DNA from: Octopus bimaculoides
Taxonomy: Eukaryota
DNA length: 53,376 nt
Assembly: GCF_001194135.2 (NCBI RefSeq)
Contig: NC_068983.1
Span: 53,615,253 to 53,668,628 of the forward strand
Direction of reading: 5' to 3'
The notes below the pieces were generated by a model that saw nothing but the letters and a program-made list of their open reading frames with translations, made no database searches and had not been told where the DNA came from. Shown here one piece after another: positions 11,636 to 24,182 of this stretch (the stretch's first letter is position 1; every line of letters begins with the position of its first letter). The position numbers were made by a program, and so were the translations under genes.

Positions 11636-12025
11636 GTAGGTAGGTAGGTAGGAAGGTAGGTAGGTAGGTAGGTAGGTAGGTAGGTAGGTAGGTAGGTAGG
11701 TAGGTAGGTTGCTAGATGATAGGCATCTATCCATCCATCCATTCATATATCCCTCCATCCATACATACACACACACATACATATATACATACACACGCAT
11801 AAATGTATACATGCATACATACATATATTTTTTTCTTTCAGGATTAAATAAAAAGAAGACAATAAACAGAAAATATGACATATATACATCATCATTTAAC
11901 GTCTGTTTTCCATGCTGGCATGGGTTGGACGATATGGATATATACATAGCTGTTTAAGAATCCATAAATCAGAAAAAAATTGCATACACACGTATATTTG
12001 TCATTGGGTCAGTAGAGTGGGTGTA

Positions 12026-12275
12026 TTAATCGAATTTTCCAGTATTATATATCCATTAAAGCTGATCTTACCGATTGGTTCCACACTAGGGGTTCAACGG
12101 AGTGGTAGGTAACAATCCTGTTATGTAACCCTGCACTCTTCGAAGATGGCTACCATCTCTGAAGAGCGCCGGGTTACATGACTAGACTATTACCTAACAT
12201 TCCATTGAACCTCTAGTGCGAAACCGATCGGTAAGATTAGTTGTAATGAACACATAATATTGTACACCCTGATTA
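12026..12275. repeat. About 220-250-bp imperfect fold-back centred on gatgg-cta-ccatc
   Basis: Arms 12054-12149 and 12153-12248 are roughly 80% reverse-complementary by eye. Confidence 0.85.
12155..12237 (+). ncRNA. Type I hammerhead ribozyme candidate, intact core
   Basis: auct-CUGAAGA(12159-65)-GCGC...GUGC-GAA(12220-22)-ACCGAUCGGU-A^agau; predicted cleavage between 12233 and 12234. Confidence 0.78.
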
Positions 12276-12288
12276 AAATATGTATATA

Positions 12289-12337
<49 letters not shown>

Positions 12338-12347
12338 GTGTGTGTGC

Positions 12348-12422
<75 letters not shown>

Positions 12423-12719
12423 TGCGTGTGCATGAATGTATGTATGTATGAATATATATACATACGTACAGAGTCTGGTAAGCAGAAGACCATCAGGTGA
12501 ACTGTGGAGGTAGCAAACATTGCTCCAGGGTGGCTGAAAACGAAGAGCTGTGAATCCTGGAAGGTGTAGTTGTACTGGAGGAACCATAACTGAAAACAAG
12601 TTGATACTTGATTGGCTCTGAGTGAAGGTATCTGCTGTTGGAAGACCCTAAACACCTAAATGACCTAACGAAACATCTCTGATGATGTGTTCTGGTGCAT
12701 CACAGGCTGATAAATAGAA

Positions 12720-12768
<49 letters not shown>

Positions 12769-12853
12769 CATACATATCATACAAACTTACTCTCACACAC
12801 GTACACAATTGAATATTCGAATTACATTGGTTTTACATTGTGGCACAAAACAA

Positions 12854-13292
12854 AGGCAGTGAGCTGGCAGAAACGTTAGCACGCCGGGCGAAATGCTTAG
12901 CGGTATTTCGTCTGCCGTTACGTTCTGAGTTCAAATTCTGCCGAGGTCGACTTTGCCTTGCACCCTTTCGGGGTCGATAAATTAAGTGCCAGTTACGCAC
13001 TGGGGTCAATGTAATCGACTTAATCCGTTTGTCTGTCCTTGTTTGTCCTCTCTATGTTTAGCGCCTTGTGGGCAATAAAGAAATAAGAAACGTTAGCACG
13101 CTGGGTGAAATGCTTAGCGGTATTTCATCTGCCTTTATGTTTTGAATTCAAATTCCGCCGAGGTCGACTTCATCTTTCATCCTTTCAGGGTCGATAAATT
13201 AAGTATCAGTTGTGTACTGGAGTCGATCTAATCGACTGCCCCCACCCCCACAAAAAAATTTTCGGTCCTTGTGCCTAGAGTAGAAAAGATTA
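12854..13292 (+). mobile_element. Dimeric SINE family B
   Basis: Two monomers joined at gggcaataaagaaataag|aaacgttagc; degenerate flanking direct repeat tggcacaaaacaa / tgacacaaagcaa. Confidence 0.85.
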
Positions 13293-13309
13293 TGACACAA
13301 AGCAATCAA

Positions 13310-13465
13310 TTTCAGGGTGGGGCTTAAGTTAATTAACTCAACCCCAGTGCGTAATTGGTACTTATTTTATCGACCCCGAAACAATGAAAGGCAAAATTGA
13401 TCTTGGTGGAATTTGAACTCAGATCGTAAAGACGGACGAAATGCTGCTAAATAATTTGCCCTGCA
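13310..13465 (-). mobile_element. SINE family B, inverted relative to the adjacent dimer
   Basis: accccagt...cgaccccgaaacaatgaaaggcaaa...gaatttgaactcag. Confidence 0.75.
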
Positions 13466-14285
13466 TTTACTACATTATAAATAGTTTTGCCCTTCAAAGT
13501 CTGTTTCTTACTATGAGCACGTTTAATCGTTCGCGTATATTTATGAGCCTGTTCTCCTTTGAACAATTTTCATTATGCTTCCATGCATCCTTGCTTTTAA
13601 ATTGTTTATAAGTACACGGGGTCTATATATGATATACGCCGATTGCCCCATATATTTATGCAGTATCGTTTCAAGTTTCTATTGAGATATATCCGTGTAA
13701 TTATTTTTATATCTATTTTAACTTCCAAACCGCTAGTGGTTGAAGCATATCATACGAAGGGAGGTCACTCTAATTTTAATCCCATTAGTCTAGAAAATGG
13801 AAACCTAATTATAGAAACGAGACAGAAATATAAAGAAATGCATTTTCTATAGTGATTTTCTATTTACAGCATTATAATATCTGTACTGTTTCTCTATACT
13901 TGCATATTAAATTATTAATGAAATTAGCTCCCTCCAACTCTATTAAGAACTTAATTAGACGTGAAGTGCTTTTTGGGGAGAAAATAAAAGATAGGAAATA
14001 AAATTGAAGTTGATCAGAAATAAATGCATGAATATCTTAAACATGGTGAATTCGCTCAAAATAATCCATTCTGCAGTAATAAATTTTGCTGATATAGTGC
14101 AACATACATCAGTAGTAAGAAAATAACGAACAATTTAATCACCAGAGTGTAACGAATCGAACACCAAAATGCAATTGTCACTTTCGAAGTGAATTGAAAG
14201 ACAACGGGAAATATGTAGAAAAGTCTATTATATATTCAGTCTTTGTCATGAAAATAAACCGAAATTCTATTGATTATGTAGCATT

Positions 14286-14590
14286 GTGGAGGTACATGGC
14301 CTAGTGGTTAGAGTAGTGAACACGTGGTCGAGGAATCACAGGTTCGAATCTCAGACCGGGCGATGTTGTGTTTATGAGCGAAACACGTAAGCACTATACG
14401 GTTCCGGCAGAAAATAATGGCGAACTTCTGCTGACTCTTTCGCCACAACTTTCTCTAACTCTTTCATCCTGCATCTACCAGCTCACCTGTGACGGACCGG
14501 CGTCCCATCCAGCTGGGGATCCTATACACCAATGAAACTGGGGAAACTGGCCCTTATGTGCCAGGGATGGCTCGAAAAGGAACACACAAC
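14286..14590 (+). mobile_element. tRNA-derived SINE family D
   Basis: A-box tggcctagtgg, B-box ggttcgaatc, body gacggaccggcgtcccatccag. Confidence 0.75.
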
Positions 14591-14764
14591 AACAACATAT
14601 AGCATTGTAAAGTTAACGCTGAGAATTAATTTAAGAGCCGTTAGAATCATTGCAATTTTATAATATATTGTTTCATAGTTATAAGAACTTTTATTTTACA
14701 CTATTGTTACACCGTATTTAATTACATAAATATTCCACATCAAAATCCAAATCCAAAACCGAAG

Positions 14765-14995
14765 AAAACTCATTCGTTTGTGGAAAAGAAAAGAAAGAAG
14801 AGAAAAAGCAGCAATTCAACAGTAATTGCATCAATCGGTCGCAGACCATAAAGCTCAATGGAACATACTGATGCAAGCCTACACGCTCGTGGCATTACTG
14901 CGGTTGATAGCAAAGCTAAGGCGTTGGAACAGCCAAGCACCCTCCTGAGCATCACCTGATACCTCAATAAAATGAGTCGCTAACGATGACAAGAA
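14765..14995 (-). mobile_element. CRE-clade non-LTR retrotransposon 3' end
   Basis: Minus EVSGDAQEGAWLFQRLSFAINRSNA matches the CRE C-terminal L.QR.S.AI.RGNA motif; homologous to 25680-25960 and 42860-43330. Confidence 0.7.
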
Positions 14996-15202
14996 CTTTT
15001 ATATTGCATTTATTTCCTAATATTACACCCTTCAAAGAGAGGATGTGATCCATCTTAGTATTTTAAATTTGATGGTCAAAAAAGTGAACACATGATGTCC
15101 ATGGATACTACGGATTCTGCCGTAATCATACCAGGAATACAAACTATGATCTTTAGAAACATGTGACATGTGGAAACGCACACAACGATGCATTGAAATA
15201 TT

Positions 15203-15222
15203 TATAAATTCTATCCATGGAT

Positions 15223-15280
<58 letters not shown>
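15203..15280. repeat. (TAC)n microsatellite
   Basis: Directly visible. Confidence 0.95.
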
Positions 15281-15281
<1 letters not shown>

Positions 15282-15430
15282 TATTTATCCTACATTATAT
15301 CGGCACAGCTTGGTGCGACCCCAAAACACTGGTATTTCCAGTTGGTATCATTAAGTTGTAGTCCGTATAATAACATACGAGTTTTTATATGCATATTCAG
15401 AATGTTTCTCGTAAACGAACTTAAAGGATG

Positions 15431-15463
<33 letters not shown>

Positions 15464-15649
15464 CGATTGACTTCTCCACCAGAAATATAAGTATACTTTT
15501 AAAAATAGACATTTTAATAAATCTCTAATGTATCACACACAAGATTTGAGTAAAGTGTATGAATTTGAAAGCGTTCTGTTTTGGAAAAGGAGAGGATGGC
15601 GAGGCAGTATGAGATTTTGAATTTGGCATCAGGATCAGTTGATGCCCTC

Positions 15650-16230
15650 TAAGAATATACGACTCGAACCTTTCGAGAAAATATCTTTAAAATGATGAAA
15701 TATATCAAGTTCAAGAAAATAACACTTACAACATAAAACATATCCAAAAATGAAAACAAACATTTGTGGTGGGAGATAAAACTAGAAATACTTTCAGAAT
15801 GAAGTATGGCACATTTACTGACCTTCCAAACAATGGTATTACCACGAATTATTAAAAAATGCACTCTTAAAATATACTTTCTATAAATATGGAGGCTGAA
15901 TATACAGCCCCAAGACTTATTATACATGATATAGTAGACATTCTTAAGCTACAAACAAACAAAAAAAAACTTATCTAACAATCAATGATCACAAACAAAA
16001 CTTAATGAATAATCCTAAAAGATTCACTAACCCAATGAAAACCGAACTTGAGAAAAATATATTGGATGAAATCAATAGAAATATCAGCAAACGCCTTAGA
16101 TTAACACTTTGGAATAACAAAGCATCGGTTATAAGTTGATTTACATTTATCGTAGATAAACATGAATGTACATTCACACAGTGTGATATAATTATGAACT
16201 TTTCATAACCAAGCATCTGTTGCTAAATCC
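15650..16230 (+). pseudogene. Decayed PLE reverse transcriptase N-terminal part
   Basis: YLTINDHKQNLMNNPKRFTNPMKTELEKNILDEINRNISKRLRLTLWNNKASVIS...VDKHECTFTQCDI fits the PLE T.KDHK.NF..RLINP.K...QW.N motif. Confidence 0.7.
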
Positions 16231-16409
16231 CCTGGAATTTATGAAAATCTATACTGCTATCACGATGCTTTTATGTAGGTATTAAACTAACACACCACAT
16301 GCATGCACGCACGCATACATGTGTGTATATGTGTATGTATGTGTGTGTATGTATAAATACATATGTATGTATGTAACTATATAAGGTCACGTACATATAT
16401 GTGTATATA

Positions 16410-16458
<49 letters not shown>

Positions 16459-16536
16459 TTATAGATTCATGCATGTATATGTACATATATATGTATGTAT
16501 GTATTTATAGATTCATGCATGTATATGTTCCTATAT

Positions 16537-16568
<32 letters not shown>

Positions 16569-16829
16569 TGTATGTATAGATAGATGGATAGATAGACAGA
16601 CAGACTATGCGAGACAACTTCCCTCTACTCTCTCACTATCACTAGCTCAGCTCACTTCCTTCTTAGAACTTTACTCCATTTCTATCTGTAATTACTATTA
16701 CACAATGACGAGAACACAAACACAAACTATACAAGGAAAATCTACGACATCCATCTTTACTTAGCATGCTTTTCCATTTACGTATCACACAAACACACAC
16801 ACACACACATACACATATATATATATTTC

Positions 16830-16995
16830 TCTCTCTTTTTATTTTCGCTCCCTTTTATTTCTGTGTTCCTTTCTGTCGAAGAGCGTATGCTCGAAACCTA
16901 AAAGACTTTCTCACTTCCCGAGCGTTAAACTAATACATCTGTTTGTTGTTTACACACCCGTCTTCGTCTTTTGTTTTTTTGCAAATTCTCATTAT
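16830..16995 (+). mobile_element. PLE terminal repeat family A
   Basis: cttt-CTGTCGA-A-GAGC gtat GCTC-GAAAC-CTA-aaagac at 16868-16906. Confidence 0.7.
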
Positions 16996-17039
16996 ATATA
17001 TATATATGTGTGTGTAAACGAATTAGGTAAAATCGTAAT

Positions 17040-17400
17040 ATCCACTAATAATACGAAAATAGAAAACTTCAATCACCTGAATATAATCAAGAAAACACTG
17101 AGAGGTAATTGTTACTCTTAAAATGGAAACGGTACAGAGCATTCTGTTATATGTTCAACTATGGTTACTTCAAAAATGAACGACGATTACATTGGTTATA
17201 CAAGTGCGACTATGAAAGAATTTCAGAGAGGTCTTCATTAGAATAATAATACATTTAGATGAAGTATAGATACAAATCATTTCAATGAAATATGCATAGA
17301 AAACTCTCAGAATCTATATGATTCTTGCAAAATAATAATATAACTTCATATCATTAAGTAGCGACTATTAGATAAAGCACTAAGTTGAACACAATCGAAT
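17040..17400 (+). pseudogene. Decayed GIY-YIG endonuclease relic (PLE)
   Basis: ...VICSTMVTSKMNDDYIGYTSATMKEF...H; YIG retained, many stops. Confidence 0.5.
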
Positions 17401-17990
17401 GCCTTTTGTAGTTTATATATTACAGAAAAGCAAGTGATCTTGAAACACAATACCAGGATATTAAAGATATTAAACAAGCACACACACAATAATTATCGTA
17501 TGCCCGTGCTTGCACAGATATCTAGCAAAAGGACCTGAATGACATCTTCAATCGCAGCAACATGGGATCCTAATAAAATATATATTTCCTTTCATTTTAG
17601 TTTCATATTCATATTCTTTTACGGTCATTTTCTTTTTCATTTCCTATAATTTATTTCCTTTTCAAAAAAGTATTTCACGTCTAATTACCTCCAGAATAGA
17701 GTAAGAGGGATATCATTTCGTTTGTAATTTAATAATAAATACCTAAAGAAAAAAAAAAGCCATTATAGATATCATGATAAATAGAAAATCCCTACTGAAA
17801 ACACATTTCCTTTACATTTCCGTATCATCTCTATATTTAAGTCTCTATTTTCTATACTAATGGGAATTCCCTTCGATTGTACAAAGTATATTCAACAACG
17901 AACTCGCTGCTTCCAGTCACAATAGACATGAAAATAGATGCTCGCATATATCTCAATACGGACAAATTTGTATAGCTTAACGGTCCTTTA

Positions 17991-18023
<33 letters not shown>

Positions 18024-18094
18024 GCATGCATATGCATACATATGCTATACATATTACATAGATATAAATGCATATTTCTATATAATGTGAGTAC

Positions 18095-18131
<37 letters not shown>

Positions 18132-18624
18132 NNNNNNNNNNNNNNNNNNNNNNNNNNNNNNNNNNNNNNNNNNNNNNNNNNNNNNNNNNNNNNNNNNNNN
18201 NNNNNNNNNNNNNNNNNNNNNNNNNNNNNNNNNNNNNNNNNNNNNNNNNNNNNNNNNNNNNNNNNNNNNNNNNNNNNNNNNNNNNNNNNNNNNNNNNNNN
18301 NNNNNNNNNNNNNNNNNNNNNNNNNNNNNNNNNNNNNNNNNNNNNNNNNNNNNNNNNNNNNNNNNNNNNNNNNNNNNNNNNNNNNNNNNNNNNNNNNNNN
18401 NNNNNNNNNNNNNNNNNNNNNNNNNNNNNNNNNNNNNNNNNNNNNNNNNNNNNNNNNNNNNNNNNNNNNNNNNNNNNNNNNNNNNNNNNNNNNNNNNNNN
18501 NNNNNNNNNNNNNNNNNNNNNNNNNNNNNNNNNNNNNNNNNNNNNNNNNNNNNNNNNNNNNNNNNNNNNNNNNNNNNNNNNNNNNNNNNNNNNNNNNNNN
18601 NNNNNNNNNNNNNNNNNNNNNNNN

Positions 18625-18658
<34 letters not shown>

Positions 18659-18718
18659 TGTATGTACGTGTATATATGTGTGTGCGCGTGTGTATGTGTA
18701 TGTGTACATATATATGTG

Positions 18719-18779
<61 letters not shown>

Positions 18780-19350
18780 TACGTAGATACATTAACAATA
18801 CCAAAACTGTAACGTTACATAAATACGCATGCATGCATAAAATTTAAACAAACAAACCAATCACAAACAAATGAACACTGAAGTTCAAATGTAGAGATGA
18901 GCAAAGAGGCATGGGAATAACACGAAAGAAGCGAGATGAACATGTAACTAATAATAATTGAAAGAGAAAGAGAAAATATCAACATTATGATTATAAGAAA
19001 CAACAGGAGAAAAGTAGGCATAAAGACATTACATGAAGGAACATGCGATGGTAAAATATTATTAGTAGTAAGACTATTTAAAGAATATGTAACTGTAAGT
19101 AAAATGTACTAGAATTTGTATTTCAGTATCCTATTCTCAAATATAGTTTTCATATACATACATACATATATACATACATATATATACATATATATGTATG
19201 TATATATATGTATATGTATGTATATGTATNNNNNNNNNNNNNNNNNNNNNNNNNNNNNNNNNNNNNNNNNNNNNNNNNNNNNNNNNNNNNNNNNNNNNNN
19301 NNNNNNNNNNNNNNNNNNNNNNNNNNNNNNNNNNNNNNNNNNNNNNNNNN

Positions 19351-19624
19351 GAACGGGAAAGTCTTTTAGGTTTCGAGCCTACGCTCTTCAAGAGAAATGA
19401 TTAAGAGGGGGAAATATTTAGAGAGAGAATGAAATAAAAAAAAGAAACGGAGAGGGAAAAGAATGACCAATGTTTCAATGGTTCCACATGATGAGATGAC
19501 CGGAAAAAAGAGGCTGAATAAAAGAGAGATAAAAATAATAATAATAACAATAATAAAGTTCATTATTTACATTATTTACATTCAACAGATATTTGTCCTC
19601 ATCTTGTTTGTTGTTAACACAACG
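19351..19624 (-). mobile_element. Inverted terminal-repeat segment upstream of the PLE ORF, including a family A HHR relic (19361-19398)
   Basis: 55-bp arms 19570-19624/19644-19698 with 2 mismatches; CTCTTGA-A-GAGC gtag GCTC-GAAAC. Confidence 0.7.
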
Positions 19625-21193
19625 GAGGGTATATCAGCCGAAACGTTGTGTTAACAACAAACAAGATGAGGACAAATATTCGTTGAATGTAAATAATGCA
19701 GATAATTCCTCATCTCTTGAATATAGAACTGTATTATCTAATCGGTACGGAGCCGACATTAGACTTCAATGGAGACATATAGAGAAACTCCATCGAAAGC
19801 TAGCTCGTCTTTCAAACCATCTAACTTGCTTATGTAGATGTAGAGACTCAAAGCTAATACCACCTGGCTTGAATATAATGACACCAGTCGATTCACATAA
19901 AGCTAAAAGAGTAGCGGAAAGGACAGGACATGCCCTCGTCCGTGAAAGGATCCATTACAACCGTTGGAAAAAGCATCAATTAGATAACGAAATCAAAGAG
20001 AGGTTATCTTCATTACTTAGGAAAATAACCAGAGATGATGATAGAAAGAGAATCCAACAAGATCTGGAAAAGTCATACATGAAAGAATTTGAAATGGTGA
20101 AGACACGCCAGATAAAGAAGTTTATGAAACTCAAAGGTCAGAGAATGAAGATTTAAGTCCATCACCCACCTGTGAAAGCAGTAATTAATGTAAGTAGCCG
20201 ACATCTAGAAAGCTTTGAAAAAACAGTTCTGAACAAAGGTCTCAAATTTGCGACAACCATCAAGCGTATTCCATACTTGGACATAATAGCCCCTATTGAA
20301 GGGATATCAAAAGCTCAGGGAGATGAACTAAGATGGAAAGTGAGACAGGTACTAGAAAAAGCAAAACTTCCTAAACCAAACATCACTAAAGAAGAAAAAT
20401 TCGCTACCAAAAGACTACAGAGTGACACTACCATCATAATACTTCCAGCGGACAAGGGAAATGCTACAGTGGTGATGAACAAGTCTGACTACTCGGGAAA
20501 ATTGACAAGTCTTATAAGTGATGGTAGCTACAGCAAAGAAAGAAAGACCCAACTCTGAAGACAGAGAGGAAGTTGTCACAGATCTTGATCAAGAACAAGG
20601 ATCNNNNNNNNNNGTGATGGTAGCTACAGCAAAGAAAGAAAGACCCAACTCTGAAGACAGAGAGGAAGTTGTCACAGATCTTGATCAAGAACAAGGATCA
20701 CTTTACACCAATGAAGTGCAGACATCTGACTCAACACTACAGTAAACTACCACACATGTACGGTCTCCCTAAGATTCACTAGGATGGAATTCCATTAAGA
20801 CCTATAGTGAGCTGTAGAAGTTCAGCATGTCATCCACTGAGCCGCTTCCTTGTGGATATAATCAGTCCATTTGCAAGGATACCCCCATTGAATCCAACCA
20901 GGTGGTTAGTCATGATGTGATAAGCCTGTTCACCAAAGTCCCAACTGGTGAAGCACTATCAGTGATACAAGAAAAACTAGTGATAGACACCCATCTAAAA
21001 GAACGCACTAGTATNNNNNNNNNNGATAGACACCCATCTAAAAGAACGCACTAGTATACCAAAAAGAAACTTGATGGAAATGTTGACCTTCTGTGTAGAA
21101 ACTACCTACTTCAGTATGGACACTCATATATATCGACAAGTGGATGGTTTAGTTATGGGTTCTCCATTATCACCGGTAATAGCCAATATATAC
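19593..21193 (+). pseudogene. Penelope-like retroelement RT ORF, disrupted and 3'-truncated
   Basis: N-terminal HLTCLCRCRDSKLIPPGL; VINVSSRHL..LNKGLKF; ILPADKGNATVVMNK; MYGLPKIH*DGIPLRPIVS; DVISLFTKVP; YRQVDGLVMGSPLSPVIANIY. In-frame stop at 20154-56, frameshift near 20545, internal deletion, no YVDD or GIY-YIG. Confidence 0.92.
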
Positions 21194-21530
21194 AGAACGC
21201 CGAAACTGGCCAGGATGATATTGATTTGGTCAGTAAGAAGAGGAAGTAAGAATACATATAGTAACAAATAAATAGCATTAAAAAGTATAAGAAAAAAATA
21301 TAAGCAAATAATACAAATGAATTTTTAGCCCAAGTAATTACATGGATGGATAAGTTGGGAACGAAACAGCCGGAAATTTAAAGATTCTACAAAAAATGTC
21401 AGTATACTTTCGAGATGAATTGTTGGTGTACCACGATGTTCTGATGATCTGATGAGCTGGCTTTTTTTATTTGCATTAATTTGTGAAGAAAAATAGTCGT
21501 TATAGGCAGAGAATATCAGATAATCAAACA

Positions 21531-21976
21531 TTGGTAGTTTTGACTTCTGGAGTCCCTCTAAGTGTGAGGCATTATTGTATAGTAAGGCCCTTATATAAAT
21601 TATATATATATATATTTATATATACACACGTTTTTTTTCATGAATTAGCTTCTCCGCGTCGGACACCGGAGTGATATTTGATAAGGATGAACAATAGTCT
21701 ATGTGCTGTGTTGAATACGTCAGGGTATGTTGATTTTTGTTGATTTTTATGCGTCTTGACCATACGTGTACTGATGAATAAAAGATGCAGTTTACTGCAT
21801 AGTTTGTTTCATAAATTATGAAACCATTGGTTTACCGTTAAGTTAAAAGTTTTTAGGTTAGCTTTGAAAGTTGCATTCCCTCACGATCGGTAAAAATGTG
21901 CTTATTTTGGTAGTTTGACTTATGGAGTTCCTCTAAGCGTGAGGCATTATTGTATAGTAATGCCCTTATATAAATT
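21531..21976. repeat. About 70-bp direct repeats (21531-21602, 21907-21976) bracketing a roughly 300-bp segment
   Basis: ttggtagttt(t)gactt.tggagt.cctctaag.gtgaggcattattgtatagtaa.gcccttatataaatt occurs twice. Confidence 0.8.
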
Positions 21977-22287
21977 AAATTATATACATTTATGGGGAAA
22001 AAATGATGTTTTTTTTTCCTTATGAGGTTTTTTCACGCTAACTACTTGATAAATTCTTATGAAGTTTTTTATCCTGATATTATATATANNNNNNNNNNNN
22101 NNNNNNNNNNNNNNNNNNNNNNNNNNNNNNNNNNNNNNNNNNNNNNNNNNNNNNNNNNNNNNNNNNNNNNNNNNNNNNNNNNNNNNNNNNNNNNNNNNNN
22201 NNNNNNNNNNNNNNNNNNNNNNNNNNNNNNNNNNNNNNNNNNNNNNNNNNNNNNNNNNNNNNNNNNNNNNNNNNNNNNTATATATAT

Positions 22288-22790
22288 GAAGTCGAGGGTC
22301 ACCAATTGTAACGATTATAAGACGAATGAAGAACAGTGATCGAAGTTGTAAAGAAATATTTATTTACCATTACTTTAATAAATGCCATACCACGACGGGT
22401 AGGTTAGTGTAATAGTATAACACAGTTCGTAAAGCATGCAAGGTAAAGAAAGTTAATTTCGGCCTGTGTATGTGCGTACACGATCTTGTAGCAGTATATA
22501 GACAGCGATATGGTAATGTTACAGAGAAAAGAAAGTGAGCTAGTGAAAGTTGTAGAGTGTGGGACGTTGTGTCTCATAGTTGGCTGGTTGTAACCTTCTT
22601 TCTCCCTCTGGTCGTTTGTCTTTAGTGGCTGCCTGCTTGTGACCATGACTCTAGATGTACGTTCACTAATTTAGTTGTCACTAGCTGCTTCGCTCTGTTG
22701 TCGCTGAGTGACTACTGCTCGTTGAGTCGTCACCGACTGGTGACTAAACTAAATTTTTCTTGGGATTTCCTTGCTTTTATAACAATCCAG
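22288..22790 (+). mobile_element. Dispersed repeat, possibly solo-LTR-like
   Basis: Homologous to the reverse complement of 41310-41600 (gaagttgtaaaga..tttatttacc..ccacgacggg..gttaatttcggcctgt..gtgggacg). Confidence 0.55.
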
Positions 22791-23696
22791 AAGGATAGAT
22801 ATATTATTGAGAACAATAGGTTTAGTTGGTGGTCTTGTTATCTCTATTCTAGCTTTTGGTAGAGTAGAAGAGGTCAGAAAGGGTCAAGTGGTGAAGACAT
22901 TGTTTCAGTCTAGCTAAAGGCAATCTGGAAAATATTAAACTGCTGTCAGAGAAAAACTATTGTTCTACCGTGGGAAAAGTTCTGCTGCAGTATTGATTTA
23001 AATTTGGCTATAGTGGATCGAATCCACTTCATGCATGCAAGATCCACTACATATATATATATTATTATTATTGAGTGAGAGAGCAGTGCATGCCATCAAA
23101 GTGACACTGGGGTAAAATATATATGTACGTATGTATGTATGTATGCATGCATGAATGCGTGTGTATCTATGCATGTACATGTACGGGTGTGTACGTATGT
23201 GCACAAATGGCGATTTAAAAGCCAGCTGATGCCCGAGGCATATTCCTATAATGGTGCTGCCTCCCAACGTCACCAACAGCCCCAGCGAGCTTTCCATTAT
23301 TTTACTGACAAGTAATTGAGACCAAACATATACTCAATGAGAAACAGAAATGATAGAGTAAAAATTTAGTTCTTTCAATAGTCCATTCCTTTAAACCAGA
23401 CCACACCACTTAGATATTGCCTGTTTTCGTATTTGATTTATTTAACACTAAATGACAGCAAGCAATATACGTAAATCATTTACTTATAACAAGAGCAACG
23501 AGGAAAATGCAAATTTTCGACATTTTTTATTCGTTTTCTTTTTCTGTTTTTTTCAAAGACTATTATAATTTACTATTTACGCCATGATAAATCTGGCACC
23601 GGAAAAATCTTTGTTTGCCTTAGTGCATGCTTAATTTGTTTAATGTTAAATCTGGCCATGTACATACATACATACATAAATACATATGCCTATATG

Positions 23697-23736
<40 letters not shown>

Positions 23737-23873
23737 GTAAGATATAACATGTTATATATATACACGCACATTACACTCAAATATACATACATACATGCTT
23801 ATTGTATGTGTGTACATATATATATATGTATGTGTATATATATGTGTGTACATATATATATGTATGTATGTGT

Positions 23874-23912
<39 letters not shown>

Positions 23913-24101
23913 GCATATATGTATATATATATGTATATATATGTATATGTATATACATATATATATATACATATATATACATATACATACATACATGCAT
24001 ACATACATACATATACATACATACATACATACATACATACATACATACATGTATGTATGGATATATATATGTATGCATATATATATATATGTGTGTATAT
24101 G

Positions 24102-24146
<45 letters not shown>

Positions 24147-24147
24147 C

Positions 24148-24182
<35 letters not shown>

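Noticed and set aside
20518-21057. Direct duplications 20518-20603/20614-20699 and 20982-21014/21025-21057
   Set aside because: Each flanks a 10-N gap exactly, typical of overlapping contig ends, so most likely an assembly artefact
21440-21460. CTGATGA motifs here and at about 50899
   Set aside because: No downstream stem II-GAAA-stem III-UH arrangement
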